64,000 bases of DNA from Eledone cirrhosa (Eukaryota), in contig OZ024740.1 in NCBI GenBank assembly GCA_964016885.1, forward strand, positions 33,170,001 through 33,234,000, in the 5' to 3' direction. The notes under the pieces were generated by a model. That model ran no database searches, was not told the origin of the DNA, and saw nothing but the letters and a program-made list of their open reading frames with translations. Each line of letters opens with the position of its first letter. The first letter of the stretch is position 1. Shown here one piece after another: positions 13,021 to 27,200 of the stretch. A program made the position numbers and the translations under genes.

Positions 13021-16000
13021 GTGACCATCTATATATTCTAGATAGAAAGTGACCATGTATATATTCTAGATAGAAAGTAACCATCTATATATTTTAGATT
13101 GAAAATGACCATCTATATATATATTCTAGATAGAAAGTGTTCATATATATATTCTAGATAGAAAGTGTTCATCTATATATTCCAGATAAAAAGTGTTCAT
13201 CTATATATTCTACATAGAAAGCGTTCATCTATATATTTTAGATAGAAAGTGACCATCTATATATTTTAGATAAAAAGTGACCATCTATATATTTTAGATA
13301 GAAAGTGTTCATCTATATAATCTAGATAGAAAGTGTTCATCTATATATTTTAGATAGAAAGTGACCATGTATATATTCTAGATAGAAAGTGACCATGTAT
13401 ATATTCTAGATAGAAAGTAACCATCTATATATTTTAGATTGAAAATGACCATCTATATATATATTCTAGATAGAAAGTGTTCATATATATATTCTAGATA
13501 GAAAGTGTTCATCTATATATTCCAGATAAAAAGTGTTCATCTATATATTCTACATAGAAAGTGTTCATCTATATATTTTAGATAGAAAGTGTTTATTTAT
13601 ATATTCTAGATAGAAAGTGTTCATCTATATATTTTAGATAGAAAGTGTTCATCTATATATTCTAGATAAAAAATGACCATCTATATATTTTAGATAGAAA
13701 GTGACCATCTATATATTTTAGACAGAAAGTGTTCATCTATATATTCTAGATAGAAAGTGACCATCTATATATTCTAGATAGAAAATGACCATCTATATAT
13801 TTTAGATAGAAAGTGTTCATCTATATATTCTAGATAGAAAGTGACCATCTATATATTCTAGATAGAAAGTGTTCATCTATATATTCTAGATAGAAAGTGA
13901 CTATCTATATATTCTAGATAGAAAATGACAATCTATATATTTCAGATAGAATGTGACCATCTATATATTTTAAATAGAAAATGACCATCTATATATTCTA
14001 GATAGAAAGTGACCATCTATATATTTTAGATAGAAAGTGACCATCTATATATTTTAGACAGAAAGTGTTCATCTATATATTCTAGATAGAAAGTGTTCAT
14101 CTATATATTCTAGATAGAAAGTGACCATCTATATATTCCAGATAGAAAGTGTTCATCTATATATTCTAGATAGAAAGTGTTCATCTATATATTCTACATA
14201 GAAAGTGTTCATCTATATATTTTAGATAGAAAGTGTTCATTTATATATTCTAGATAGAAAGTGTTCATCTATATATTCTAGATAGAAAGTGACCATCTAT
14301 ATATTCTAGATAGAAAGTGTTCATCTATATATTCTACATAGAAAGTGTTCATCTATATATTTTAGATAGAAAGTGTTTATTTATATATTCTAGATAGAAA
14401 GTGTTCATCTATATATTCTAGATAGAAAGTGACCATCTATATATTCTAGATAGAAAGTGTTAATCTATATATTCTAGATAGAAAGTGACCATCTATATAT
14501 TCTAGATAGAATGTATTCATCTATATTTTCTAGATAGAAAGTGACCATCTATATATTCTATATAGAAAGTGACCATTTATATATTTTAGATAGAAAGTGT
14601 TCATTTATATATTCTAGATAGAAAATGACCATCTATATATTTTAGATAGAAAGTGACCATCTATATATTTTAGACAGAAAGTGTTCATCTATATATTCTA
14701 GATAGAAAGTGTTCATCTATATATTCTAGATAGAAAGTGACCATCCATATAATCTAGATAGAAAGTTTTCATATATATATTCTAGATAGAAAGTGACCAT
14801 CTATATATTCCAGATAGAAAGTGTTCATATATATATTCTAGATAGAAAGTGTTCATCTATATATTCCAGATAGAAAGTGTTCATCTATATATTCTACATA
14901 GAAAGTGTTCATCTATATATTTTAGATAGAAAGTGTTTATTTATATATTCTAGATAGAAAGTGACCATCTATATATTCAAGATAGAAAGTGTTCATCTAT
15001 ATATTTTAGATAGAAAGTGACCATCTATATATTCTATATAGAAAGTGACCATCTATATATTTTAGATAGAAAGTGTTCATCTATATATTCTAGATAGAAA
15101 ATGACCATCTATATATTTTAGATAGAAAGTGACCATCTATATATTTTAGACAGAAAGTGACCATCTATATATTCTAGATAGAAAGTGACCATCTATATAT
15201 TCTAGATAGAAAGTGACCATGTATATATTCTTGATAGAAAGTAACCATCTATATATTTTAGATTGAAAATGACCATCTATATATATATTCTAGATAGAAA
15301 GTGTTCATATATATATTCTAGATAGAAAGTGTTCATCTATATATTCCAGATAGAAAGTGTTCATCTATATATTCTACATAGAAAGTGTTCATCTATATAT
15401 TTTAGATAGAAAGTGTTCATCTATATATTCTAGATAGAAAGTGATCATCTATATATTTTAGATAGAAAGTGACCATCTATATATTTTAGATAGAAAGTGT
15501 TCATCTATATATTCTAGATAGAAAGTGACCATCTATACATTCTAGATAGAGAGTGTTCATCTATATATTCTAGATAGAAAGTGTTCATCTATATATTCCA
15601 GATAGAAAGTGTTCATCTATATATTCTAGATAGAAAGTGACCATCTATATATTTTAGATAGAAAGTGACCATCTATATATACTAGATAGAAAGTGACCAT
15701 CTATATATTCTAGATAGAAAGTAACCATCTATATATTTTAGATAGAAAATGACCATCTATATATATATTCTAGATAGAAAGTGTTCATATATATATTCTA
15801 GATAGAAAGTGTTCATCTATATATCCCAGATAGAAAGTGTTCATCTATATATTCTACATAGAAAGTGTTCATCTATATATTTTAGATAGAAAGTGTTTAT
15901 TTATATATTCTAGATAGAAAGTGTTCATCTATATATTCCAGATAGAAAGTGATCATCTATATATTCTAGATAGAAAGTGACCATCTATATATTCTAGATA

Positions 16001-18050
16001 GAAAGTGACCATCTATATATTCTAGATAGAAAGTGACCATGTATATATTCTAGATAGAAAGTAACCATCTATATATTTTAGATTGAAAATGACCATCTAT
16101 ATATATATTCTAGATAGAAAGTGTTCATATATATATTCTAGATAGAAAGTGTTCATCTATATATTCCAGATAGAAAGTGTTCATCTATACATTCTAGATA
16201 GAAAGTGTTCATCTATATATTTTAGATAGAAAGTGTTTATTTATATATTCTAGATAGAATGTGACCATCTATATATTTTAGATAGAAAGTGTTCATCTAT
16301 ATAATCTAGATAGAAAGTGTTCATCTATATATTCTAGATAGAAAGTGACCATCTATATATTCTAGATAGAAAGTGACCATGTATATATTCTAGATAGAAA
16401 GTAACCATCTATATATTTTAGATTGAAAATGACCATCTATATATATATTCTAGATAGAAAGTGTTCATATATATATTCTAGATAGAAAGTGTTCATCTAT
16501 ATATTCCAGATAAAAAGTGTTCATCTATATATTCTACATAGAAAGCGTTCATCTATATATTTTAGATAGAAAGTGACCATCTATATATTTTAGATAAAAA
16601 GTGACCATCTATATATTTTAGATAGAAAGTGTTCATCTATATAATCTAGATAGAAAGTGTTCATCTATATATTTTAGATAGAAAGTGACCATGTATATAT
16701 TCTAGATAGAAAGTGACCATGTATATATTCTAGATAGAAAGTAACCATCTATATATTTTAGATTGAAAATGACCATCTATATATATATTCTAGATAGAAA
16801 GTGTTCATATATATATTCTAGATAGAAAGTGTTCATCTATATATTCCAGATAAAAAGTGTTCATCTATATATTCTACATAGAAAGTGTTCATCTATATAT
16901 TTTAGATAGAAAGTGTTTATTTATATATTCTAGATAGAAAGTGTTCATCTATATATTTTAGATAGAAAGTGTTCATCTATATATTCTAGATAGAAAATGA
17001 CCATCTATATATTTTAGATAGAAAGTGACCATCTATATATTTTAGATAGAAAGTGTTCATCTATATATTCTAGATAGAAAGTGACCATCTATATATTCTA
17101 GATAGAAAATGACCATCTATATATTTTAGATAGAAAGTGTTCATCTATATATTCTAGATAGAAAGTGACCATCTATATATTCTAGATAGAAAGTGTTCAT
17201 CTATATATTCTAGATAGAAAGTGACTATCTATATATTCTAGATAGAAAATGACAATCTATATATTTCAGATAGAATGTGACCATCTATATATTTTAAATA
17301 GAAAATGACCATCTATATATTCTAGATAGAAAGTGACCATCTATATATTTTAGATAGAAAGTGACCATCTATATATTTTAGACAGAAAGTGTTCATCTAT
17401 ATATTCTAGATAGAAAGTGTTCATCTATATATTCTAGATAGAAAGTGACCATCTATATATTCCAGATAGAAAGTGTTCATCTATATATTCTAGATAGAAA
17501 GTGTTCATCTATATATTCTACATAGAAAGTGTTCATCTATATATTTTAGATAGAAAGTGTTTATTTATATATTCTAGATAGAAAGTGTTCATCTATATAT
17601 TCTAGATAGAAAGTGACCATCTATATATTCTAGATAGAAAGTGTTCATCTATATATTCTACATAGAAAGTGTTCATCTATATATTTTAGATAGAAAGTGT
17701 TTATTTATATATTCTAGATAGAAAGTGTTCATGTATATATTCTAGATAGAAAGTGACCATCTATATATTCTAGATAGAAAGTGTTAATCTATATATTCTA
17801 GATAGAAAGTGACCATCTATATATTCTAGATAGAATGTATTCATCTATATTTTCTAGATAGAAAGTGACCATCTATATATTCTATATAGAAAGTGACCAT
17901 TTATATATTTTAGATAGAAAGTGTTCATTTATATATTCTAGATAGAAAATGACCATCTATATATTTTAGATAGAAAGTGACCATCTATATATTTTAGACA
18001 GAAAGTGTTCATCTATATATTCTAGATAGAAAGTGTTCATCTATATATTC
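11400..18050 (+). repeat. 3324-bp (118-monomer) repeat unit
   Basis: ctatatatactag at 12349/15673 and gaaagtgttaat at 14453/17777. The previous copy of the latter marker is at 9521, which is 4932 = 3324+1608 away. Confidence 0.8.
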
Positions 18051-21000
18051 TAGATTGAAAGTGACCATCCATATAATCTAGATAGAAAGTTTTCATATAT
18101 ATATTCTAGATAGAAAGTGACCATCTATATATTCCAGATAGAAAGTGTTCATATATATCTTCTAGATAGAAAGTGTTCATCTATATATTCCAGATAGAAA
18201 GTGTTCATCTATATATTCTACATAGAAAGTGTTCATCTATATATTTTAGATAGAAAGTGTTTATTTATATATTCTAGATAGAATGTGACCATCTATATAT
18301 TCAAGATAGAAAGTGTTCATCTATATATTTTAGATAGAAAGTGACCATCTAATTATTCTATATAGAAAGTGACCATCTATATATTTTAGATAGAAAGTGT
18401 TCATCTATATATTCTAGATAGAAAATGACCATCTATATATTTTAGATAGAAAGTGACCATCTATATATTTTAGACAGAAAGTGTTCATCTATATATTCTA
18501 GATAGAAAGTGACCATCCATATAATCTAGATAGAAAGTTTTCATTTATATATTCCAGATAGAAAGTGACCATCTATATATTTTAGATAGAAAGTGTTCAT
18601 CTATATATTCTAGAGAGAAAGTGTTCATCTATATATTTTAGATAGAAAGTGACCATCTATATATTTTAGATAAAAAGTGACCATCTATATATTTTAGATA
18701 GAAAGTGTTCATCTATATAATCTAGATAGAAAGTGTTCATCTATATATTCTAGATAGAAAGTGACCATCTATATATTCTAGATAGAAAGTGACCATGTAT
18801 ATATTCTAGATAGAAAGTAACCATCTATATATTTTAGATTGAAAATGACCATCTATATATATATTCTAGATAGAAAGTGTTCATATATATATTCTAGATA
18901 GAAAGTGTTCATCTATATATTCCAGATAAAAAGTGTTCATCTATATATTCTACATAGAAAGCGTTCATCTATATATTTTAGATAGAAAGTGACCATCTAT
19001 ATATTTTAGATAAAAAGTGACCATCTATATATTTTAGATAGAAAGTGTTCATCTATATAATCTAGATAGAAAGTGTTCATCTATATATTCTAGATAGAAA
19101 GTGACCATGTATATATTCTAGATAGAAAGTGACCATGTATATATTCTAGATAGAAAGTAACCATCTATATATTTTAGATTGAAAATGACCATCTATATAT
19201 ATATTCTAGATAGAAAGTGTTCATATATATATTCTAGATAGAAAGTGTTCATCTATATATTCCAGATAAAAAGTGTTCATCTATATATTCTACATAGAAA
19301 GTGTTCATCTATATATTTTAGATAGAAAGTGTTTATTTATATATTCTAGATAGAAAGTGTTCATCTATATATTTTAGATAGAAAGTGACCATCTATATAT
19401 TCTATATAGAAAGTGACATCTATATATTTTAGATAGAAAGTGTTCATCTATATATTCTAGATAGAAAATGACCATCTATATATTTTAGATAGAAAGTGAC
19501 CATCTATATATTTTAGACAGAAAGTGTTCATCTATATATTCTAGATAGAAAGTGACCATCTATACTATATATTCTAGATAGAAAATGACCATCTATATAT
19601 TTTAGATAGAAAGTGTTCATCTATATATTCTAGATAGAAAGTGACCATCTATATATTCTAGATAGAAAGTGTTCATCTATATATTCTAGATAGAAAGTGA
19701 CTATCTATATATTCTAGATAGAAAATGACAATCTATATATTTCAGATAGAATGTGACCATCTATATATTTTAAATAGAAAATGACCATCTATATATTCTA
19801 GATAGAAAGTGACCATCTATATATTTTAGATAGAAAGTGACCATCTATATATTTTAGACAGAAAGTGTTCATCTATATATTCTAGATAGAAAGTGTTCAT
19901 CTATATATTCTAGATAGAAAGTGACCATCTATATATTCCAGATAGAAAGTGTTCATCTATATATTCTAGATAGAAAGTGTTCATCTATATATTCTACATA
20001 GAAAGTGTTCATCTATATATTTTAGATAGAAAGTGTTTATTTATATATTCTAGATAGAAAGTGTTCATCTATATATTCTAGATAGAAAGTGACCATCTAT
20101 ATATTCTAGATAGAATGTATTCATCTATATTTTCTAGATAGAAAGTGACCATCTATATATTCTAGATAGAAAGTGTTCATCTATATATTCTAGATAGAAA
20201 GTGACTATCTATATATTCTAGATAGAAAATGACAATCTATATATTTCAGATAGAATGTGACCATCTATATATTTTAAATAGAACATGACCATCTATATAT
20301 TCTAGATAGAAAGTGACCATCTATATATTTTAGATAGAAAGTGACCATCTATATATTTTAGACAGAAAGTGTTCATCTATATATTCTAGATAGAAAGTGT
20401 TCATCTATATATTCTAGATAGAAAGTGACCATCTATATATTCCAGATAGAAAGTGTTCATCTATATATTCTAGATAGAAAGTGTTCATCTATATATTCTA
20501 CATAGAAAGTGTTCATCTATATATTTTAGATAGAAAGTGTTTATTTATATATTCTAGATAGAAAGTGTTCATCTATATATTCTAGATAGAAAGTGACCAT
20601 CTATATATTCTAGATAGAATGTATTCATCTATATTTTCTAGATAGAAAGTGACCATCTATATATTCTAGATAGAAAGTGACCATCTTTATATTTTAGATA
20701 AAAAGTGTTCATCTATATATTCTAGATAGAAAATGACAATCTATATATTTCAGATAGAATGTGACCATCTATATATTTTAAATAGAAAATGACCATCTAT
20801 ATATTCTAGATAGAAAGTGACCATCTATATATTTTAGATAGAAAGTGACCATCTATATATTTTAGACAGAAAGTGTTCATCTATATATTCTAGATAGAAA
20901 GTGTTCATCTATATATTCTAGATAGAAAGTGACCATCTATATATTCCAGATAGAAAGTGTTCATCTATATATTCTAGATAGAAAGTGTTCATCTATATAT

Positions 21001-24000
21001 TCTACATAGAAAGTGTTCATCTATATATTTTAGATAGAAAGTGTTTATTTATATATTCTAGATAGAAAGTGTTCATCTATATATTCTAGATAGAAAGTGA
21101 CCATCTATATATTCTAGATAGAAAGTGTTCATCTATATATTCTACATAGAAAGTGTTCATCTATATATTTTAGATAGAAAGTGTTTATTTATATATTCTA
21201 GATAGAAAGTGTTCATGTATATATTCTAGATAGAAAGTGACCATCTATATATTCTAGATAGAAAGTGTTAATCTATATATTCTAGATAGAAAGTGACCAT
21301 CTATATATTCTAGATAGAATGTATTCATCTATATTTTCTAGATAGAAAGTGACCATCTATATATTCTATATAGAAAGTGACCATTTATATATTTTAGATA
21401 GAAAGTGTTCATTTATATATTCTAGATAGAAAATGACCATCTATATATTTTAGATAGAAAGTGACCATCTATATATTTTAGACAGAAAGTGTTCATCTAT
21501 ATATTCTAGATAGAAAGTGTTCATCTATATATTCTAGATTGAAAGTGACCATCCATATAATCTAGATAGAAAGTTTTCATATATATATTCTAGATAGAAA
21601 GTGACCATCTATATATTCCAGATAGAAAGTGTTCATATATATCTTCTAGATAGAAAGTGTTCATCTATATATTCCAGATAGAAAGTGTTCATCTATATAT
21701 TCTACATAGAAAGTGTTCATCTATATATTTTAGATAGAAAGTGTTTATTTATATATTCTAGATAGAATGTGACCATCTATATATTCAAGATAGAAAGTGT
21801 TCATCTATATATTTTAGATAGAAAGTGACCATCTAATTATTCTATATAGAAAGTGACCATCTATATATTTTAGATAGAAAGTGTTCATCTATATATTCTA
21901 GATAGAAAATGACCATCTATATATTTTAGATAGAAAGTGACCATCTATATATTTTAGACAGAAAGTGTTCATCTATATATTCTAGATAGAAAGTGACCAT
22001 CCATATAATCTAGATAGAAAGTTTTCATTTATATATTCCAGATAGAAAGTGACCATCTATATATTTTAGATAGAAAGTGTTCATCTATATATTCTAGAGA
22101 GAAAGTGTTCATCTATATATTTTAGATAGAAAGTGACCATCTATATATTTTAGATAAAAAGTGACCATCTATATATTTTAGATAGAAAGTGTTCATCTAT
22201 ATAATCTAGATAGAAAGTGTTCATCTATATATTCTAGATAGAAAGTGACCATCTATATATTCTAGATAGAAAGTGACCATGTATATATTCTAGATAGAAA
22301 GTAACCATCTATATATTTTAGATTGAAAATGACCATCTATATATATATTCTAGATAGAAAGTGTTCATATATATATTCTAGATAGAAAGTGTTCATCTAT
22401 ATATTCCAGATAAAAAGTGTTCATCTATATATTCTACATAGAAAGCGTTCATCTATATATTTTAGATAGAAAGTGACCATCTATATATTTTAGATAAAAA
22501 GTGACCATCTATATATTTTAGATAGAAAGTGTTCATCTATATAATCTAGATAGAAAGTGTTCATCTATATATTCTAGATAGAAAGTGACCATGTATATAT
22601 TCTAGATAGAAAGTGACCATGTATATATTCTAGATAGAAAGTAACCATCTATATATTTTAGATTGAAAATGACCATCTATATATATATTCTAGATAGAAA
22701 GTGTTCATATATATATTCTAGATAGAAAGTGTTCATCTATATATTCCAGATAAAAAGTGTTCATCTATATATTCTACATAGAAAGTGTTCATCTATATAT
22801 TTTAGATAGAAAGTGTTTATTTATATATTCTAGATAGAAAGTGTTCATCTATATATTTTAGATAGAAAGTGACCATCTATATATTCTATATAGAAAGTGA
22901 CATCTATATATTTTAGATAGAAAGTGTTCATCTATATATTCTAGATAGAAAATGACCATCTATATATTTTAGATAGAAAGTGACCATCTATATATTTTAG
23001 ACAGAAAGTGTTCATCTATATATTCTAGATAGAAAGTGACCATCTATACTATATATTCTAGATAGAAAATGACCATCTATATATTTTAGATAGAAAGTGT
23101 TCATCTATATATTCTAGATAGAAAGTGACCATCTATATATTCTAGATAGAAAGTGTTCATCTATATATTCTAGATAGAAAGTGACTATCTATATATTCTA
23201 GATAGAAAATGACAATCTATATATTTCAGATAGAATGTGACCATCTATATATTTTAAATAGAAAATGACCATCTATATATTCTAGATAGAAAGTGACCAT
23301 CTATATATTTTAGATAGAAAGTGACCATCTATATATTTTAGACAGAAAGTGTTCATCTATATATTCTAGATAGAAAGTGTTCATCTATATATTCTAGATA
23401 GAAAGTGACCATCTATATATTCCAGATAGAAAGTGTTCATCTATATATTCTAGATAGAAAGTGTTCATCTATATATTCTACATAGAAAGTGTTCATCTAT
23501 ATATTTTAGATAGAAAGTGTTTATTTATATATTCTAGATAGAAAGTGTTCATCTATATATTCTAGATAGAAAGTGACCATCTATATATTCTAGATAGAAT
23601 GTATTCATCTATATTTTCTAGATAGAAAGTGACCATCTATATATTCTAGATAGAAAGTGTTCATCTATATATTCTAGATAGAAAGTGACTATCTATATAT
23701 TCTAGATAGAAAATGACAATCTATATATTTCAGATAGAATGTGACCATCTATATATTTTAAATAGAACATGACCATCTATATATTCTAGATAGAAAGTGA
23801 CCATCTATATATTTTAGATAGAAAGTGACCATCTATATATTTTAGACAGAAAGTGTTCATCTATATATTCTAGATAGAAAGTGTTCATCTATATATTCTA
23901 GATAGAAAGTGACCATCTATATATTCCAGATAGAAAGTGTTCATCTATATATTCTAGATAGAAAGTGTTCATCTATATATTCTACATAGAAAGTGTTCAT

Positions 24001-24214
24001 CTATATATTTTAGATAGAAAGTGTTTATTTATATATTCTAGATAGAAAGTGTTCATCTATATATTCTAGATAGAAAGTGACCATCTATATATTCTAGATA
24101 GAATGTATTCATCTATATTTTCTAGATAGAAAGTGACCATCTATATATTCTAGATAGAAAGTGACCATCTTTATATTTTAGATAAAAAGTGTTCATCTAT
24201 ATATTCTAGATAGA
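17247..24214 (+). repeat. 3484-bp (124-monomer) tandem duplication
   Basis: Markers gttcatgtat 17733/21217, aattattc 18351/21835 and ctatactata 19560/23044 are all offset by 3484 = 124x28+12. The junction is near 20730. Confidence 0.9.
19695..20670 (+). repeat. Higher-order module A: 18-monomer/504-bp unit (example tandem pair)
   Basis: The gtgactat marker is at 19697 and 20201 (504 = 18x28), and again at 36438 and 36942. The variant order is fixed: gactat, aatgacaat/tttcag, aatgtgacc/ttttaaa, ..., ttagacag, ..., tccag, ..., ctacat, ..., gtttattt, ..., aatgtattc. Confidence 0.9.
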
Positions 24215-27200
24215 AAGTGACCATCTATATATTCTAGATAGAAAGTGACCATCTATATATTCTAGATAGAAAGTGACCATGTATATATTCTAGATAGAAA
24301 GTAACCATCTATATATTTTAGATTGAAAATGACCATCTATATATATATTCTAGATAGAAAGTGTTCATATATATATTCTAGATAGAAAGTGTTCATCTAT
24401 ATATCCCAGATAGAAAGTGTTCATCTATATATTCTACATAGAAAGTGTTCATCTATATATTTTAGATAGAAAGTGTTTATTTATATATTCTAGATAGAAA
24501 GTGTTCATCTATATATTCCAGATAGAAAGTGTTCATCTATATATTCTAGATAGAAAGTGACCATCTATATATTCTAAATAGAAAGTGTTCATCTATATAT
24601 TCTAGATAGAAAGTGACTATCTATATATTCTAGATAGAAAATGACAATCTATATATTTCAGATAGAATGTGACCATCTATATATTTTAAATAGAAAATGA
24701 CCATCTATATATTCTAGATAGAAAGTGACCATCTATATATTTTAGATAGAAAGTGACCATCTATATATTTTAGACAGAAAGTGTTCATCTATATATTCTA
24801 GATAGAAAGTGTTCATCTATATATTCTAGATAGAAAGTGACCATCTATATATTCCAGATAGAAAGTGTTCATCTATATATTCTAGATAGAAAGTGTTCAT
24901 CTATATATTCTACATAGAAAGTGTTCATCTATATATTTTAGATAGAAAGTGTTTATTTATATATTCTAGATAGAAAGTGTTCATCTATATATTCTAGATA
25001 GAAAGTGACCATCTATATATTCTAGATAGAATGTATTCAACTATATTTTCTAGATAGAAAGTGACCATCTATATATTCTATATAGAAAGTGACCATTTAT
25101 ATATTTTAGATAGAAAGTGTTCACTTATATATTCTAGATAGAAAATGACCATCTATATATTTTAGATAGAAAGTGACCATCTATATATTTTAGACAGAAA
25201 GTGTTCATCTATATATTCTAGATAGAAAGTGACCATCCATATAATCTAGATAGAAAGTTTTCATATATATATTCTAGATAGAAAGTGACCATCTATATAT
25301 TCCAAATAGAAAGTGTTCATCTATATATTCTACATAGAAAGTGTTCATCTATATATTTTAGATAGAAAGTGTTTATTTATATATTCTAGATAGAAAGTGT
25401 TCATCTATATATTCTAGATAGAAAGTGACCATCTATATATTCTAGATAGAAAATGACAATCTATATATTTCAGATAGAATGTGACCATCTATATATTTTA
25501 AATAGAAAATGACCATCTATATATTCTACATAGAAAGTGACCATCTATATATTTTATATAGAAAGTGACCATCTATATATTTTAGACAGAAAGTGTTCAT
25601 CTATATATTCTAGATAGAAAGTGTTCATCTATATATTCTAGATAGAAAGTGACCATCTATATATTCCAGATAGAAAGTGTTCATCTATATATTCTAGATA
25701 GAAAGTGTTCATCTATATATTCTACATAGAAAGTGTTCATCTATATATTTTAGATAGAAAGTGTTTATTTATATATTCTAGATAGAAAGTGTTCATCTAT
25801 ATATTCTAGATAGAAAGTGACCATCTATATAATCTAGATAGAATGTATTCATCTATATTTTCTAGATAGAAAGTGACCATCTATATATTCTAGATAGAAA
25901 GTGTTCATCTATATATTCTAGATAGAAAGTGACTATCTATATATTCTAGATAGAAAATGACAATCTATATATTTCAGACAGAATGTGACCATCTATATAT
26001 TTTAAATAGAAAATGACCATCTATATATTCTAGATAGAAAGTGACCATCTATATATTTTAGATAGAAAGTGACCATCTATATATTTTAGACAGAAAGTGT
26101 TCATCTATATATTCTAGATAGAAAGTGTTCATCTATATATTCTAGATAGAAAGTGACCATCTATATATTCCAGATAGAAAGTGTTCATCTATATATTCTA
26201 GATAGAAAGTGTTCATCTATATATTCTACATAGAAAGTGTTCATCTATATATTTTAGATAGAAAGTGTTTATTTATATATTCTAGATAGAAAGTGTTCAT
26301 CTATATATTCTAGATAGAAAGTGACCATCTATATATTCTAGATAGAATGTATTCATCTATATTTTCTAGATAGAAAGTGACCATCTATATATTCTAGATA
26401 GAAAGTGTTCATCTATATATTCTAGATAGAAAGTGACCATCTATATATTCCAGATAGAAAGTGTTCATCTATATATTCTAGATAGAAAGTGTTCATCTAT
26501 ATATTCTACATAGAAAGTGTTCATCTATATATTTTAGATAGAAAGTGTTTATTTATATATTCTAGATAGAAAGTGTTCATCTATATATTCTAGATAGAAA
26601 GTGACCATCTATATATTCTAGATAGAATGTATTCATCTATATTTTCTAGATAGAAAGTGACCATCTATATATTCTAGATAGAAAGTGTTCATCTATATAT
26701 TCTAGATAGAAAGTGACTATCTATATATTCTAGATAGAAAATGACAATCTATATATTTCAGATAGAATGTGACCATCTATATATTTTAAATAGAACATGA
26801 CCATCTATATATTCTAGATAGAAAGTGACCATCTATATATTTTAGATAGAAAGTGACCATCTATATATTTTAGACAGAAAGTGTTCATCTATATATTCTA
26901 GATAGAAAGTGTTCATCTATATATTCTAGATAGAAAGTGACCATCTATATATTCCAGATAGAAAGTGTTCATCTATATATTCTAGATAGAAAGTGTTCAT
27001 CTATATATTCTACATAGAAAGTGTTCATCTATATATTTTAGATAGAAAGTGTTTATTTATATATTCTAGATAGAAAGTGTTCATCTATATATTCTAGATA
27101 GAAAGTGACCATCTATATATTCTAGATAGAATGTATTCATCTATATTTTCTAGATAGAAAGTGACCATCTATATATTCTAGATAGAAAGTGACCATCTTT

